Program-made: the position numbers and the translations under genes
Notes under the pieces: model-generated
The model's database searches: none
The model's input: only the letters and a program-made list of their open reading frames with translations
What the model was told of the DNA's origin: nothing
Origin: Verrucomicrobiota bacterium
Lineage (GTDB): Bacteria > Verrucomicrobiota > Kiritimatiellia > CAIQIC01
Assembly (NCBI GenBank): GCA_004321905.1
Contig: SCQF01000014.1
Location: forward strand, 567-64,566
Reading direction: 5' to 3'
Length of the DNA stretch: 64,000 bases
Shown here: positions 1 through 8,072 of the stretch, piece by piece
Numbering within the stretch: the first letter of the stretch is position 1
Layout: each line of letters begins with the position of its first letter

Positions 1-194
1 CGGTGGCGTACGCCCGCACCGAGGATCGGCGGGTCGAGAAAGCTGGCGTGGTTGGAGACGATGATGCAGCCACCGGTCGCCGGCACATTTTCCGCGCCGC
101 GCGCCGTGAACCGATTCCACACCAACAGTCCGGCCTTGAGCAGGCGGCGCGCGATGTTGTAGTTCGGCTGGCTCGGATGATCTTTCAGCATCAT
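1..194 (-). CDS. 1-acyl-sn-glycerol-3-phosphate acyltransferase-like protein, N-terminal part (gene runs off the left edge)
   Basis: Minus-strand translation from ATG at 194 gives MMLKDHPSQPNYNIARRLLKAGLLVWNRFTARGAENVPATGGCIIVSNHASFLDPPILG..., which contains the H(X)4D acyltransferase motif (NHASFLD). ATGA overlap with the cmk stop. Confidence 0.6.
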   Translation of the reverse strand, partial: MMLKDHPSQPNYNIARRLLKAGLLVWNRFTARGAENVPATGGCIIVSNHASFLDPPILGAGVRH

Positions 195-877
195 GTGACC
201 ACCTTTGCCTGGCGGAGATCGGCAAGCATCAGGGCGACGACTTCCGCGATGCCCAGCTTGGTGGAATCAATCACGCGCGCGCCGAGTGGAATTTGTAGCG
301 GCGCGGTTTTGCGACCGCTGTCCTTTTGATCGCGCCGCGTGAGCGAATGTAAAACCTGATCCACATCGCCGCGGCCTTCGGCTTGCGCCAGTTCGGCGGC
401 GCGGCGGCGGGCGCGTTCGACTGGATCGGCATCAAGGTAGAACTTGAAGGGCGTGTCGGGAAACACCACGGAGCCGATGTCGCGGCCTTCCATCACCAAT
501 GAGCCAAAGTCCGTCATCTTGCGCAATTCGCCGACGATGAACGTACGCACTTCTGGAATGGCGGCGATGTCGCTGACCGCTTCGCGGACGAGTTCAGAGC
601 GGATTTGTTGGCCGGGGTCTTCGCCATCAATGGTGAAGCGGATGGCGTGTTGCTCATCAAAAAATTCCCACGTCAGTCGTGGCAGCAGAGCGATGACCTC
701 GGCGGGTTTGGTCGGATCCACGCCTTCGCGTAAGACTTTCCACGTCATGCCGCGGTAGAGCGCCCCGGAATCCACATAGACCCAGCCGAGCGCCTGCGCG
801 GTTTGCCGGGCGACGGTGGATTTGCCGGAGGCGGCGGGACCATCCACGGCGACAACAGTGACCGGTTTATTCGACAT
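191..877 (-). CDS. cmk: cytidylate kinase
   Basis: 228-aa ORF with P-loop VAVDGPAASGKST followed by YVDSGALYR, the typical Cmk N-terminus. Confidence 0.9.
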   Translation of the reverse strand: MSNKPVTVVAVDGPAASGKSTVARQTAQALGWVYVDSGALYRGMTWKVLREGVDPTKPAEVIALLPRLTWEFFDEQHAIRFTIDGEDPGQQIRSELVREAVSDIAAIPEVRTFIVGELRKMTDFGSLVMEGRDIGSVVFPDTPFKFYLDADPVERARRRAAELAQAEGRGDVDQVLHSLTRRDQKDSGRKTAPLQIPLGARVIDSTKLGIAEVVALMLADLRQAKVVT

Positions 878-2192
878 GGCCGCCGAGCGTTTTCAGATCG
901 TTCCAGAAACCCGGATAGGACGTTTGCACGCAGCCGACGTTATTGATGCATACCGGCTCCGGCGCGGAGAGCGCGAGCACGGCCATCGCCATCGCAATGC
1001 GGTGATCGCCGTAGCTGCGAACGCCGCCGCCGACTTTGAGTGCGGCCGGACCGCGTACGATCATGCCGTCTTCGCGCTCCTCGACCTCGACGCCCAGCAG
1101 GCGCAAGTTGGTGGCCATCGCGGCGATACGATCGGTTTCCTTGACGCGCAATTCGGCAGCGTCGCGGATCACCGTTTCGCCCTCGGCCAGCGCCCCCGCG
1201 ACGGCGATCACGGGCAATTCGTCAATCAAGTTGGGGATTTCATCGCCGCCGATTTCCGTGCCGCGCAGTTTGACGCCGTGGACGGAAATGGAACCGACCG
1301 GTTCTGCATCAGAATGCTTTCCGGGTGTGACGGTGACTTTGGCGCCCATGCGCTGGAGCACATTGAGCAACGCCGTACGGCGCGGGTTGAGGCCCACGTG
1401 ATCCAGCGTGACCTGCGCGCCGGGCCGCGCCGCCGCGGCGACCATCCAGAAAGCCGCAGAAGAAAAATCGCCCGGAATCTGCCACGCGCGCGCCGGCAGC
1501 GTCGGGCCTTTGGCGCCGAAACCGTGCATGGTGATGCGCAGGCCGTCAATCGTCATCGGCACGCCGAGTGATTGCAGCAGACGTTCGGTGTGATCGCGCG
1601 TGGGCCGCGGCTCGATGATGACCGTCGTGCCTTCGGCGTAGAGCGTGGCGAGCAGGATGCAGGATTTGACCTGTGCCGACGCCATCGGCAGCGCGTAGGT
1701 GATGCCTTTGAGGCCGCCGCCCTGAATGCGCAAAGGCGCGCAGTTGTTTTTGCCCAGCAATTCGATCTTCGCACCCATCAGCTCCAGCGGTTCCTTGATG
1801 CGGCTCATCGGGCGGGAGCGCAGCGACTCATCGCCGGTCATTTCCACCTTGATGGGCATGCCGGAGATCAAGCCGGCCAGCAGCCGCAGGCTGGTTCCGG
1901 AGTTGCCCAAATCGAGCGGCCCCGCGGGCTCCAGCATCTTGCCCGCCGTGCCGTGAACAACGAGGTCGCCGGCGTCGGAATAAAACGACCGCGCGCCGAG
2001 CGCTTCCATCGCGCGCATCGTGTTCACGCAATCTTCGCACGGTAGAAAATTTTTCACCGTCGTTTCGCCCGTGGCCAACGCGGCGAGCATCGCCACGCGG
2101 TGCGAGATGCTTTTATCGCCCGGCATCTGCTTCAGATGTCCGCCGAACAACGTGGCCGGATGTACGATCACCGATTGGGTTCCTTGACTCAT
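867..2192 (-). CDS. aroA: 3-phosphoshikimate 1-carboxyvinyltransferase (EPSP synthase)
   Basis: 441 aa with the LPGDKSISHRVAMLAALA signature and EPSP synthase length and layout. Confidence 0.92.
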   Translation of the reverse strand: MSQGTQSVIVHPATLFGGHLKQMPGDKSISHRVAMLAALATGETTVKNFLPCEDCVNTMRAMEALGARSFYSDAGDLVVHGTAGKMLEPAGPLDLGNSGTSLRLLAGLISGMPIKVEMTGDESLRSRPMSRIKEPLELMGAKIELLGKNNCAPLRIQGGGLKGITYALPMASAQVKSCILLATLYAEGTTVIIEPRPTRDHTERLLQSLGVPMTIDGLRITMHGFGAKGPTLPARAWQIPGDFSSAAFWMVAAAARPGAQVTLDHVGLNPRRTALLNVLQRMGAKVTVTPGKHSDAEPVGSISVHGVKLRGTEIGGDEIPNLIDELPVIAVAGALAEGETVIRDAAELRVKETDRIAAMATNLRLLGVEVEEREDGMIVRGPAALKVGGGVRSYGDHRIAMAMAVLALSAPEPVCINNVGCVQTSYPGFWNDLKTLGGHVE

Positions 2193-3073
2193 ACTTCACC
2201 TCTTGCATGGTTGCTCCGCGCGGCCAACAACGCGCGGCGTGCGGCGCGGCCGTCTTCGAGAAACTGGCGCAGCCCGGCCTCGTTGCCGTGCTCCAGTTCC
2301 ACCAACACTTCCGCCAGCCGGTCTTGCAGCGCGCGTAATTCCTCCGCCAACGCCGGCCGGTTGCTCTGCAAAATATCCAGCCAGACCTCCGGCGAACCTT
2401 CCGCCACGCGCGTCACGTCGCGGAAACCCGGCCCACAGAATGCGCCGATCTGCTCCGTGCCGTTCGTGCGGCCCACCGTCGCTGCCACCAGCGCCGCCGC
2501 CACGTGCGGCAAATGGCTCGTACGCGCCATGACCCGGTCATGCTCCGCCGGATTCATTACGCGCACCACCGAGCCGACGCTGCGCCAGAAGGCGCCGATT
2601 TTTTCGACCGCCGCTTGCGACTCGCCGCCGTCGCTGGTGACGATGGTCACCGCATCCTGATAAAGATCGGCCAACGCCGCCGCCAAGCCCTGCTGCTCGG
2701 AACCGGCGATGGGATGGCTGCCGACGAACACGGCGTTGGAACCGCGCAACGATAGCCGGATTTGCTCCGTCAGCCAAGCCTTGGTGCTGCCGACGTCCGT
2801 GACCAGCGCGCCCGCGCGCAACCCGGGCCGACACGCCGCCGCCAGCGCCGGCAGGGAAAATACCGGAGCGCACAGCACGATCAAGTCCGCGCCGCGTACG
2901 GCTTCGGCGGGATCAGCAAAGACCGCGTCCACCGCCTTGAGTCGCAGCGCCTCGGCGCGCGTCGCCTCGCGGCGCGCGTAGCCGGCAACGACCTTGCAAC
3001 AGCCGCGCGCTTTCAACGCGAGGCCAAGCGACCCGCCCATCAAACCCAAGCCCACTATGGCAACTTTTTCCAT
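2189..3073 (-). CDS. tyrA: prephenate/arogenate dehydrogenase
   Basis: ORF 2189..3124 trimmed to ATG 3073 (MEKVAIVGLGLMGGS Rossmann start). The 5' extension (..FSKPWK..) is read-through of a palindromic repeat. ATGA overlap with the aroA start. Confidence 0.8.
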   Translation of the reverse strand: MEKVAIVGLGLMGGSLGLALKARGCCKVVAGYARREATRAEALRLKAVDAVFADPAEAVRGADLIVLCAPVFSLPALAAACRPGLRAGALVTDVGSTKAWLTEQIRLSLRGSNAVFVGSHPIAGSEQQGLAAALADLYQDAVTIVTSDGGESQAAVEKIGAFWRSVGSVVRVMNPAEHDRVMARTSHLPHVAAALVAATVGRTNGTEQIGAFCGPGFRDVTRVAEGSPEVWLDILQSNRPALAEELRALQDRLAEVLVELEHGNEAGLRQFLEDGRAARRALLAARSNHARGEV

Positions 3074-3086
3074 TTTTTGTTTCGTT

Positions 3087-3133
3087 TTCCAAGGTTTGGA
3101 AAAACCGCACTCCGCCTTTTCCAAGCCTTGGAA
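3087..3133. repeat. dyad doublet
   Basis: TTCCAAGGTTTGGAA-N17-TTCCAAGCCTTGGAA. Lies 3 nt after the DAHP synthase stop and 13 nt before the tyrA start. Confidence 0.9.
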
Positions 3134-3136
3134 AAG

Positions 3137-4174
3137 TCAGCCCACTTTTCGTCCCAGCACCTGCGCGACGCGATGAAGTTCGTCCATCATACGCAAAAAT
3201 GTTTTCGGCAACAGCGCCTGCGAACCATCGGACAGGGCTTCTTCGGGATTCGGGTGGATTTCCACCATGACGCCATCGGCGCCGGCGGCGACCGCCGCGC
3301 GCGCCATCGGCACCACCAAATCCCAGTGACCTGTGCCGTGGCTCGGATCGGCGATCACCGGCAAATGACTCTCGCGTTTGAGCACCGGCACGGCGGCGAG
3401 GTCGAGCGTATTGCGCGTCATCGGCTCGAACGTGCGAATACCGCGTTCGCAGAGGATGACCTCGTGATTGCCCTCGCTCATCACATATTCGGCGCTCATC
3501 AGTAGCTCTTCGATCGTGTTCGCCAAGCCGCGCTTGATCATCACTGGCTTGTGCAACTTGCCGATTTCCTTGAGCAGCGTGAAATTTTGCGTGTTGCGCG
3601 CGCCGACCTGCAAGATATCGGCCACGGCGGCCACGGCCTCAAGATCGCGCACGTCCATGACCTCGGTGATCACATGGATGCCGACTTTCGCGCGCGCTTC
3701 GGCCAGCAGCCGCAGTCCTGCGTAACCCATGCCTTGGAATGAGTAGGGCGAGGTGCGTGGCTTGAAGGCGCCGGCGCGCAGAATTTTGCCGCCAGCCTTC
3801 TTCACCAGCCGCGCGATATCGAGCAACATCTCCCGGCTCTCGATGGAACACGGCCCGGCCATGACGACCACTTCCGGCCCGCCGATAACCACCGGGCGTC
3901 CACCCTTTTTGATCGGCGCAAGTCGAATCTGCGTACGACCGATGCGGGCCTCGGCGGCGGCAAGTTTGTAGGGCTTGAGCACCGCCAGCACGGACTCCAC
4001 GCCCGGCAGCATATCCAGCGGTTTGGAGCGGATTTCGGTTTCGTCGCCGATCAATCCGATGATCGTGCGTTCCACGCCGCGGCTGACGTTGGCCTTGAGA
4101 CCCCACGCGCGTGCCGAGGCCAAAATATGTTCGACCTGTTTTTCCGTCGCGCTTTTTTGCAGAACGAGAATCAT
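3137..4174 (-). CDS. 3-deoxy-7-phosphoheptulonate (DAHP) synthase, class I-beta, with N-terminal regulatory extension
   Basis: 345 aa. Core motifs GPCSIES, GAFKPRTSPYSFQG and ADPSHG. The roughly 80-aa N-terminal extension resembles Thermotoga-type enzymes. Confidence 0.8.
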   Translation of the reverse strand: MILVLQKSATEKQVEHILASARAWGLKANVSRGVERTIIGLIGDETEIRSKPLDMLPGVESVLAVLKPYKLAAAEARIGRTQIRLAPIKKGGRPVVIGGPEVVVMAGPCSIESREMLLDIARLVKKAGGKILRAGAFKPRTSPYSFQGMGYAGLRLLAEARAKVGIHVITEVMDVRDLEAVAAVADILQVGARNTQNFTLLKEIGKLHKPVMIKRGLANTIEELLMSAEYVMSEGNHEVILCERGIRTFEPMTRNTLDLAAVPVLKRESHLPVIADPSHGTGHWDLVVPMARAAVAAGADGVMVEIHPNPEEALSDGSQALLPKTFLRMMDELHRVAQVLGRKVG

Positions 4175-4204
4175 ATTTTCTTTCTAAATTTTCGAACCGC
4201 ACAT

Positions 4205-4258
4205 GGTAGGGACGGCTCTCCGAGCTGTCTGCGGCGCTCGCGGCGCGAGCGCCCTACC
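4205..4258. repeat. composite palindromic element bracketed by GGTAGGG...CCCTACC
   Basis: Two internal hairpins, GACGGCTC-TCC-GAGCTGTC and GGCGCTCGC-GGC-GCGAGCGCC. Lies between the hisC stop and the DAHP synthase start. Confidence 0.7.
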
Positions 4259-5367
4259 TATTTCTTCAACACCGTTTTCAGCGCGCGCAGGAAATGCGCG
4301 TTTTCGCGCGGCAGACCCACCGTCACGCGCACATATTCCGGCAACCCGTAGCCATCCATCGGGCGCACAATCACGCGCTGGCGCTCCAGCGCCTTGCAGC
4401 TTTCGCGGCCACGGCCAACTTTCACCAAAATAAAATTCACCACCGAGGGCACATAGTCCAAACCTAATTCAGCAAACCCTTTTTCCAACTGCGTCAGGCC
4501 GTTGGCCACCATGCGGCGCGTACGCTGGACGTATTTTTCGTCGCCCAGTGCCGCCGCGGCGGCAGCCAGCGCCATCGCGTTGACGTTGAACGGCTGGCGC
4601 ACCTTGTTCAGCAATTCCACGCCCGCGTGTGGGCCGATGGCATAGCCGACACGCAGGCCGGCCAGCCCGTAGGTCTTCGAGAAGGTTCGCAGCACGAACA
4701 CGTGCCGGCCCTCGCGGACGTAGCGGAGCGTATCCGGCTGCTGCTCCGGCGGCAAGAGTTCGATGTAGGCCTCGTCCAGTACCACGACCACGTGCTTCGG
4801 CACACGCCGCATAAAGCGGTCGAGCGCCGCGCCATCCACCATCGTGCCCGTTGGATTGTTCGGGTTGGAGATGAACACCAGCTTGGTGCGTGGCGTGATC
4901 GCCTTGAGCATCGCGTCGAGATCGTGCGTAAAGTTCTGCATCGGCACAGCGATGGTTTTCGCGCGAAACGCGTCGGCCACCAGCCGATAGACCACGAACG
5001 CGCGGTCGGCCATGACGATGTTTGTGCCCGGCTTCAGAAACGCCTGCCCCAGCAGCGCAATGATCTCGTTACTACCGTGGCCGGTCATGATCTGATTCAT
5101 CTCGATGTCGAGCCGCTTGGCCAGCGCGCGCCGGAGATAAAACGCGCCGCCATCGGGATAGAAATGCATCCGCGGCACCATGCGCCGCATGGCGGTCATC
5201 GCCTTGGGCGAAGGACCGAGGGCGTTCTCGTTCGACGCCAACTTGATGATCTCTTCGGCGTCGGCAAAGCCCAGCTCGCGCGCCACCTCTTCGATGGGCC
5301 GACCCGGCTCATAGACCGCCAGCGACCGCACCCATGGGTGCGCCAATTCATGGATTTTCTTCTTCAT
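4258..5367 (-). CDS. hisC: histidinol-phosphate / aromatic aminotransferase
   Basis: ORF trimmed to ATG 5367 (MKKKIHELAHPWVR). Class-II aminotransferase pattern (LASNENALGPSP, NPNNPTG, FSKTYGLAGLRVGY). Sits in the aromatic amino-acid operon. Confidence 0.8.
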   Translation of the reverse strand: MKKKIHELAHPWVRSLAVYEPGRPIEEVARELGFADAEEIIKLASNENALGPSPKAMTAMRRMVPRMHFYPDGGAFYLRRALAKRLDIEMNQIMTGHGSNEIIALLGQAFLKPGTNIVMADRAFVVYRLVADAFRAKTIAVPMQNFTHDLDAMLKAITPRTKLVFISNPNNPTGTMVDGAALDRFMRRVPKHVVVVLDEAYIELLPPEQQPDTLRYVREGRHVFVLRTFSKTYGLAGLRVGYAIGPHAGVELLNKVRQPFNVNAMALAAAAAALGDEKYVQRTRRMVANGLTQLEKGFAELGLDYVPSVVNFILVKVGRGRESCKALERQRVIVRPMDGYGLPEYVRVTVGLPRENAHFLRALKTVLKK

Positions 5368-5433
5368 GACTGCTGTCGAAGGCCGAAACGATAGCCGAAC
5401 CCGCCCCACCTGTCGAGGCGGCAGGCGGCCTCG

Positions 5434-5446
5434 CCGCACGCCCAAT
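5434..5446. repeat. left copy of the imperfect direct repeat flanking the R-M islet
   Basis: CCGCACGCCCAAT, matching 12 of 13 positions with 7820-7832. An AGGCGGC block lies just upstream of both copies (5423-5429 and 7804-7810). Confidence 0.5.
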
Positions 5447-5520
5447 TTCTAGGGTTTGTTTGGTCGATAATACTGCTGCGTGATGATATTGTTCCTTGCA
5501 TAGAGAAATCTGGTTACATA

Positions 5521-5549
5521 TTGACTTTGTTGCTGGCTACGGGATAACT
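5521..5549 (+). promoter_or_regulatory. candidate sigma-70-type promoter for the R-M pair
   Basis: TTGACT (5521-5526), 17-nt spacer, ATAACT (5544-5549), in the AT-rich gap upstream of the endonuclease ORF. Confidence 0.25.
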
Positions 5550-5618
5550 GATGCATATGAGTTTGCTCGATCAGCCAAGTTGTTCAAAACTGATAAAAAA
5601 GAGGGATGAAAAGATCGT

Positions 5619-6272
5619 ATGAAAGTTACGCTCACAGTTGAAAGGCTTGTTCATGAGGCGAAAGACTTCGCTCTATGTGAATCACAGCACCGTGAGCGCA
5701 GCTTGTTCGGGGTAACGGATGGCAAGGCTGTCGGCACGTATTTGGAGCACAAGTTTCAAGATTGCTTTCAAAGGAAGTACACATATGCGAAGGGGTCGTC
5801 AGCCAAGGGGATCGACTTCCCGAACCTCGGTGTTGACATCAAAGTCACCAGTATTCGGCAGCCACAGTCTTCGTGTCCTTTCAAATCCGCTCGTCAAAAA
5901 GTTTATGGTCTCGGTTATTCCTTGCTGGTTTTCGTCTACGACAAGAAGGACGACCGGAAAACACGTACTGCAACACTCCGTATAAACCATGTCGTTTTTG
6001 TTGAGGCTGGGCGAACGGCTGATTACCAGACAACGACCGGCATTCTCAGAATTCTTGATAACACTGGTAATGCAGACGATCTCGTGGCCTTCATGTCGGA
6101 ACGGTTCCTACCACTTGATGATATACAGGCTCGCCAACTCGCTGATGAAATACTGAAGAAGAGACCCGCGGTCGGATATCTCACGATCTCGAATGCCCTT
6201 CAGTGGCGGCTTCAGTACAGCCGCGTGATCGAACACGCCGGGAAAGTGGCTGGCGTCCACAGGGTTGTTTAA
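5619..6272 (+). CDS. putative type II restriction endonuclease (PD-(D/E)XK-like)
   Basis: 217 aa in the AT-richer islet. GIDFPNLGVDIKVTS fits a D...(D/E)XK catalytic pattern. TAATG stop/start overlap with the adjacent methyltransferase. Confidence 0.5.
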   Translation: MKVTLTVERLVHEAKDFALCESQHRERSLFGVTDGKAVGTYLEHKFQDCFQRKYTYAKGSSAKGIDFPNLGVDIKVTSIRQPQSSCPFKSARQKVYGLGYSLLVFVYDKKDDRKTRTATLRINHVVFVEAGRTADYQTTTGILRILDNTGNADDLVAFMSERFLPLDDIQARQLADEILKKRPAVGYLTISNALQWRLQYSRVIEHAGKVAGVHRVV

Positions 6273-7792
6273 TGATCGCAACAAAGAAAATCGAGTTTGG
6301 GGATTTCCAAACCCCACCCGGTCTTGCCCGCGAGATCGCTGACTTTCTTCGGGACAGCGGGGAAACCGCTGATATCGTTGTCGAACCAACCTGCGGGCGA
6401 GGTAGTTTTGTCGCGGCGGCTATGACCGCCTTCCCCCGGGCGAAGGCCATTTATGGATTCGACATCAATCCTGCGTATGTGTGTGAGGCCGCAAACGCTG
6501 CCGGCCAACAGGACGGCCGGAAACTTCATCTTGAACGCCGAAACTTTTTTCAGATTGATTGGACGGAATTCTTTTCGATGCTAACAGGTACTGTTCTTGT
6601 CATTGGCAATCCCCCGTGGGTAACAAATTCCGCGTTGGGTACGCTCGAAAGCGACAATCTGCCTGAGAAGACAAACTTTCAAGGTCACAATGGTTTTGCC
6701 GCCAAGACCGGTAAGGCCAATTTCGACATTTCTGAATGGATGCTGATCAAACTCACGGGAGCACTACACCGTCGCGTTGGTTGTATCGCGATGCTTTGTA
6801 AAACGTCTACGGCGCGCAAGTTATTGCGGTATGCATGGCTGAATAGATTGAACATCGGACGGTGTTCGCTACACTTGATTGATGCCCAAAAGCATTTCGG
6901 AGCATCGGTGAACGCCGGTCTGCTTATTGTGCACACGGGTACGGTAGGGTGCGCGACGACGGCCTGTGTTTATCCGAATCTTTCTTTCAATAGAAAAAGT
7001 TCAACTTTTGGTCTTGCCGGCAAAGAACTGGTTGCGGACGTTGACGAGTATCAGCGACTACAGGACCTTGATGGTGCCTCGTACTATACGTGGCGTTCTG
7101 GCGTTAAGCATGACGCGGCAGGAGTCATGGAATTCAAGCATGAGAACGGCCAGTTCACCAATGGACGTAATGAAATATGTAACTTAGAGCTGACGTATCT
7201 TTTTCCTCTCTTGAAATCCTCGGACATTGCCAATGGGCGCCTGACGCCTGATAGATATGTGCTCGTCACTCAGCGAACACCATCCGACGACACGGCGAGC
7301 GTTATGAGGAACGCCCCCAAGACATGGTCTTATCTGCTGGCGCACGCAGATGCGCTCGATCAAAGACGGAGCGTCATTTACGCAAAGCGACCGCGCTTTT
7401 CCGTGTTCGGTATTGGTGACTACACCTTTGCCCCTTGGAAGGTTACTATATCCGGTCTGTATAAAAACTGTCGCTTTAATGTCATTGGCAAACACCACGA
7501 TAAGCCCATTGTTTTGGACGACACCTGCTACTTCATCCCTTGTGCATCCGAAGCAGAAGCTTGTTTGGTCTGTGATTTATTAAATTCCGATATTTGCCAG
7601 CGATTCCTGCGCTCGCAGGTCTTCCTAGATGCCAAGCGCCCTGTTACGGTCGATATCTTAAATCGGATTGACCTAAAAAAAGTCGCGGAGCATGTAAACA
7701 GGTCGTTAGAAGCACAGCAGTATCTGTCTGCCGCGGCTGGGTTTAACGACAAACAGCCGCTCCTCGTCTTTGCAGGAAAAACGGGCTACTGA
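6272..7792 (+). CDS. gamma-class N6-adenine (or N4-cytosine) DNA methyltransferase with C-terminal target-recognition region
   Basis: Start set at ATG 6272 (MIATKKIEFGDFQTPP). SAM motif VEPTCGRGSF followed by catalytic GNPPW. Confidence 0.8.
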   Translation: MIATKKIEFGDFQTPPGLAREIADFLRDSGETADIVVEPTCGRGSFVAAAMTAFPRAKAIYGFDINPAYVCEAANAAGQQDGRKLHLERRNFFQIDWTEFFSMLTGTVLVIGNPPWVTNSALGTLESDNLPEKTNFQGHNGFAAKTGKANFDISEWMLIKLTGALHRRVGCIAMLCKTSTARKLLRYAWLNRLNIGRCSLHLIDAQKHFGASVNAGLLIVHTGTVGCATTACVYPNLSFNRKSSTFGLAGKELVADVDEYQRLQDLDGASYYTWRSGVKHDAAGVMEFKHENGQFTNGRNEICNLELTYLFPLLKSSDIANGRLTPDRYVLVTQRTPSDDTASVMRNAPKTWSYLLAHADALDQRRSVIYAKRPRFSVFGIGDYTFAPWKVTISGLYKNCRFNVIGKHHDKPIVLDDTCYFIPCASEAEACLVCDLLNSDICQRFLRSQVFLDAKRPVTVDILNRIDLKKVAEHVNRSLEAQQYLSAAAGFNDKQPLLVFAGKTGY

Positions 7793-7819
7793 AGAAGGCG
7801 TCAAGGCGGCGTGAGAAAT

Positions 7820-7832
7820 CCGCACGCCTAAT
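7820..7832. repeat. right copy of the imperfect direct repeat flanking the R-M islet
   Basis: CCGCACGCCTAAT. See 5434-5446. Confidence 0.5.
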
Positions 7833-7859
7833 CTTCGCTTCCGCTCATTCTGGGCTCGG

Positions 7860-7906
7860 TTCCAAGGGTTGGAAATGGGGATTACGGGTTTTTCCAAGCC
7901 TTGGGA
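7860..7906. repeat. TTCCAA-N3-TTGGAA dyad doublet
   Basis: TTCCAAGGGTTGGAA-N17-TTCCAAGCCTTGGGA. Ends 61 nt upstream of tRNA-Tyr. Confidence 0.9.
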
Positions 7907-7924
7907 AGTCGCACCCGTCGCCGC

Positions 7925-7953
7925 TTGCCAAGCGCCGGCTGCTGTGCTAAAAC
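7925..7953 (+). promoter_or_regulatory. candidate tRNA-Tyr promoter
   Basis: TTGCCA, 17-nt spacer, TAAAAC. The -10 ends 14 nt before the mature tRNA 5' end. The other two tRNA genes show the same geometry. Confidence 0.4.
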
Positions 7954-7967
7954 GCCGCGCCCCTTGT

Positions 7968-8053
7968 GGCGGGGTAGCGAAGTGGTCAAACGCATCAGAC
8001 TGTAAATCTGACGCCTCACGGCTTCGTAGGTTCGACTCCTACCCCCGCCACCA
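7968..8053 (+). tRNA. tRNA-Tyr (anticodon GTA), long variable arm, CCA encoded
   Basis: Hand-folded: acceptor GGCGGGG/CCCCGCC, anticodon stem TCAGA/TCTGA with loop CTGTAAA, T-arm GTAGG-TTCGACT-CCTAC, then A-CCA. Confidence 0.9.
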
Positions 8054-8072
8054 TTTTCAAAATGAGGTCATT

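Noticed and set aside
3096-3124. TTGGAA-N17-TTCCAA within each doublet has the 17-bp spacing of a sigma-70 -35/-10 pair.
   Set aside because: TTCCAA lacks the invariant A2 and T6 of a -10 hexamer. Many doublets sit 4-20 nt from a start codon inside operons. The tRNA genes have separate, better -35/-10 pairs downstream of the doublet.
7892-7906. Core variants (TTGGGA, TTCCAG) would form G:U pairs in RNA, which might reveal the transcribed strand and an RNA-level function.
   Set aside because: The wobble-compatible strand is the plus strand at 7892, 21323, 34592, 34624 and 37775, whatever the orientation of the neighbouring genes (several are on the minus strand). The pattern does not track transcription.
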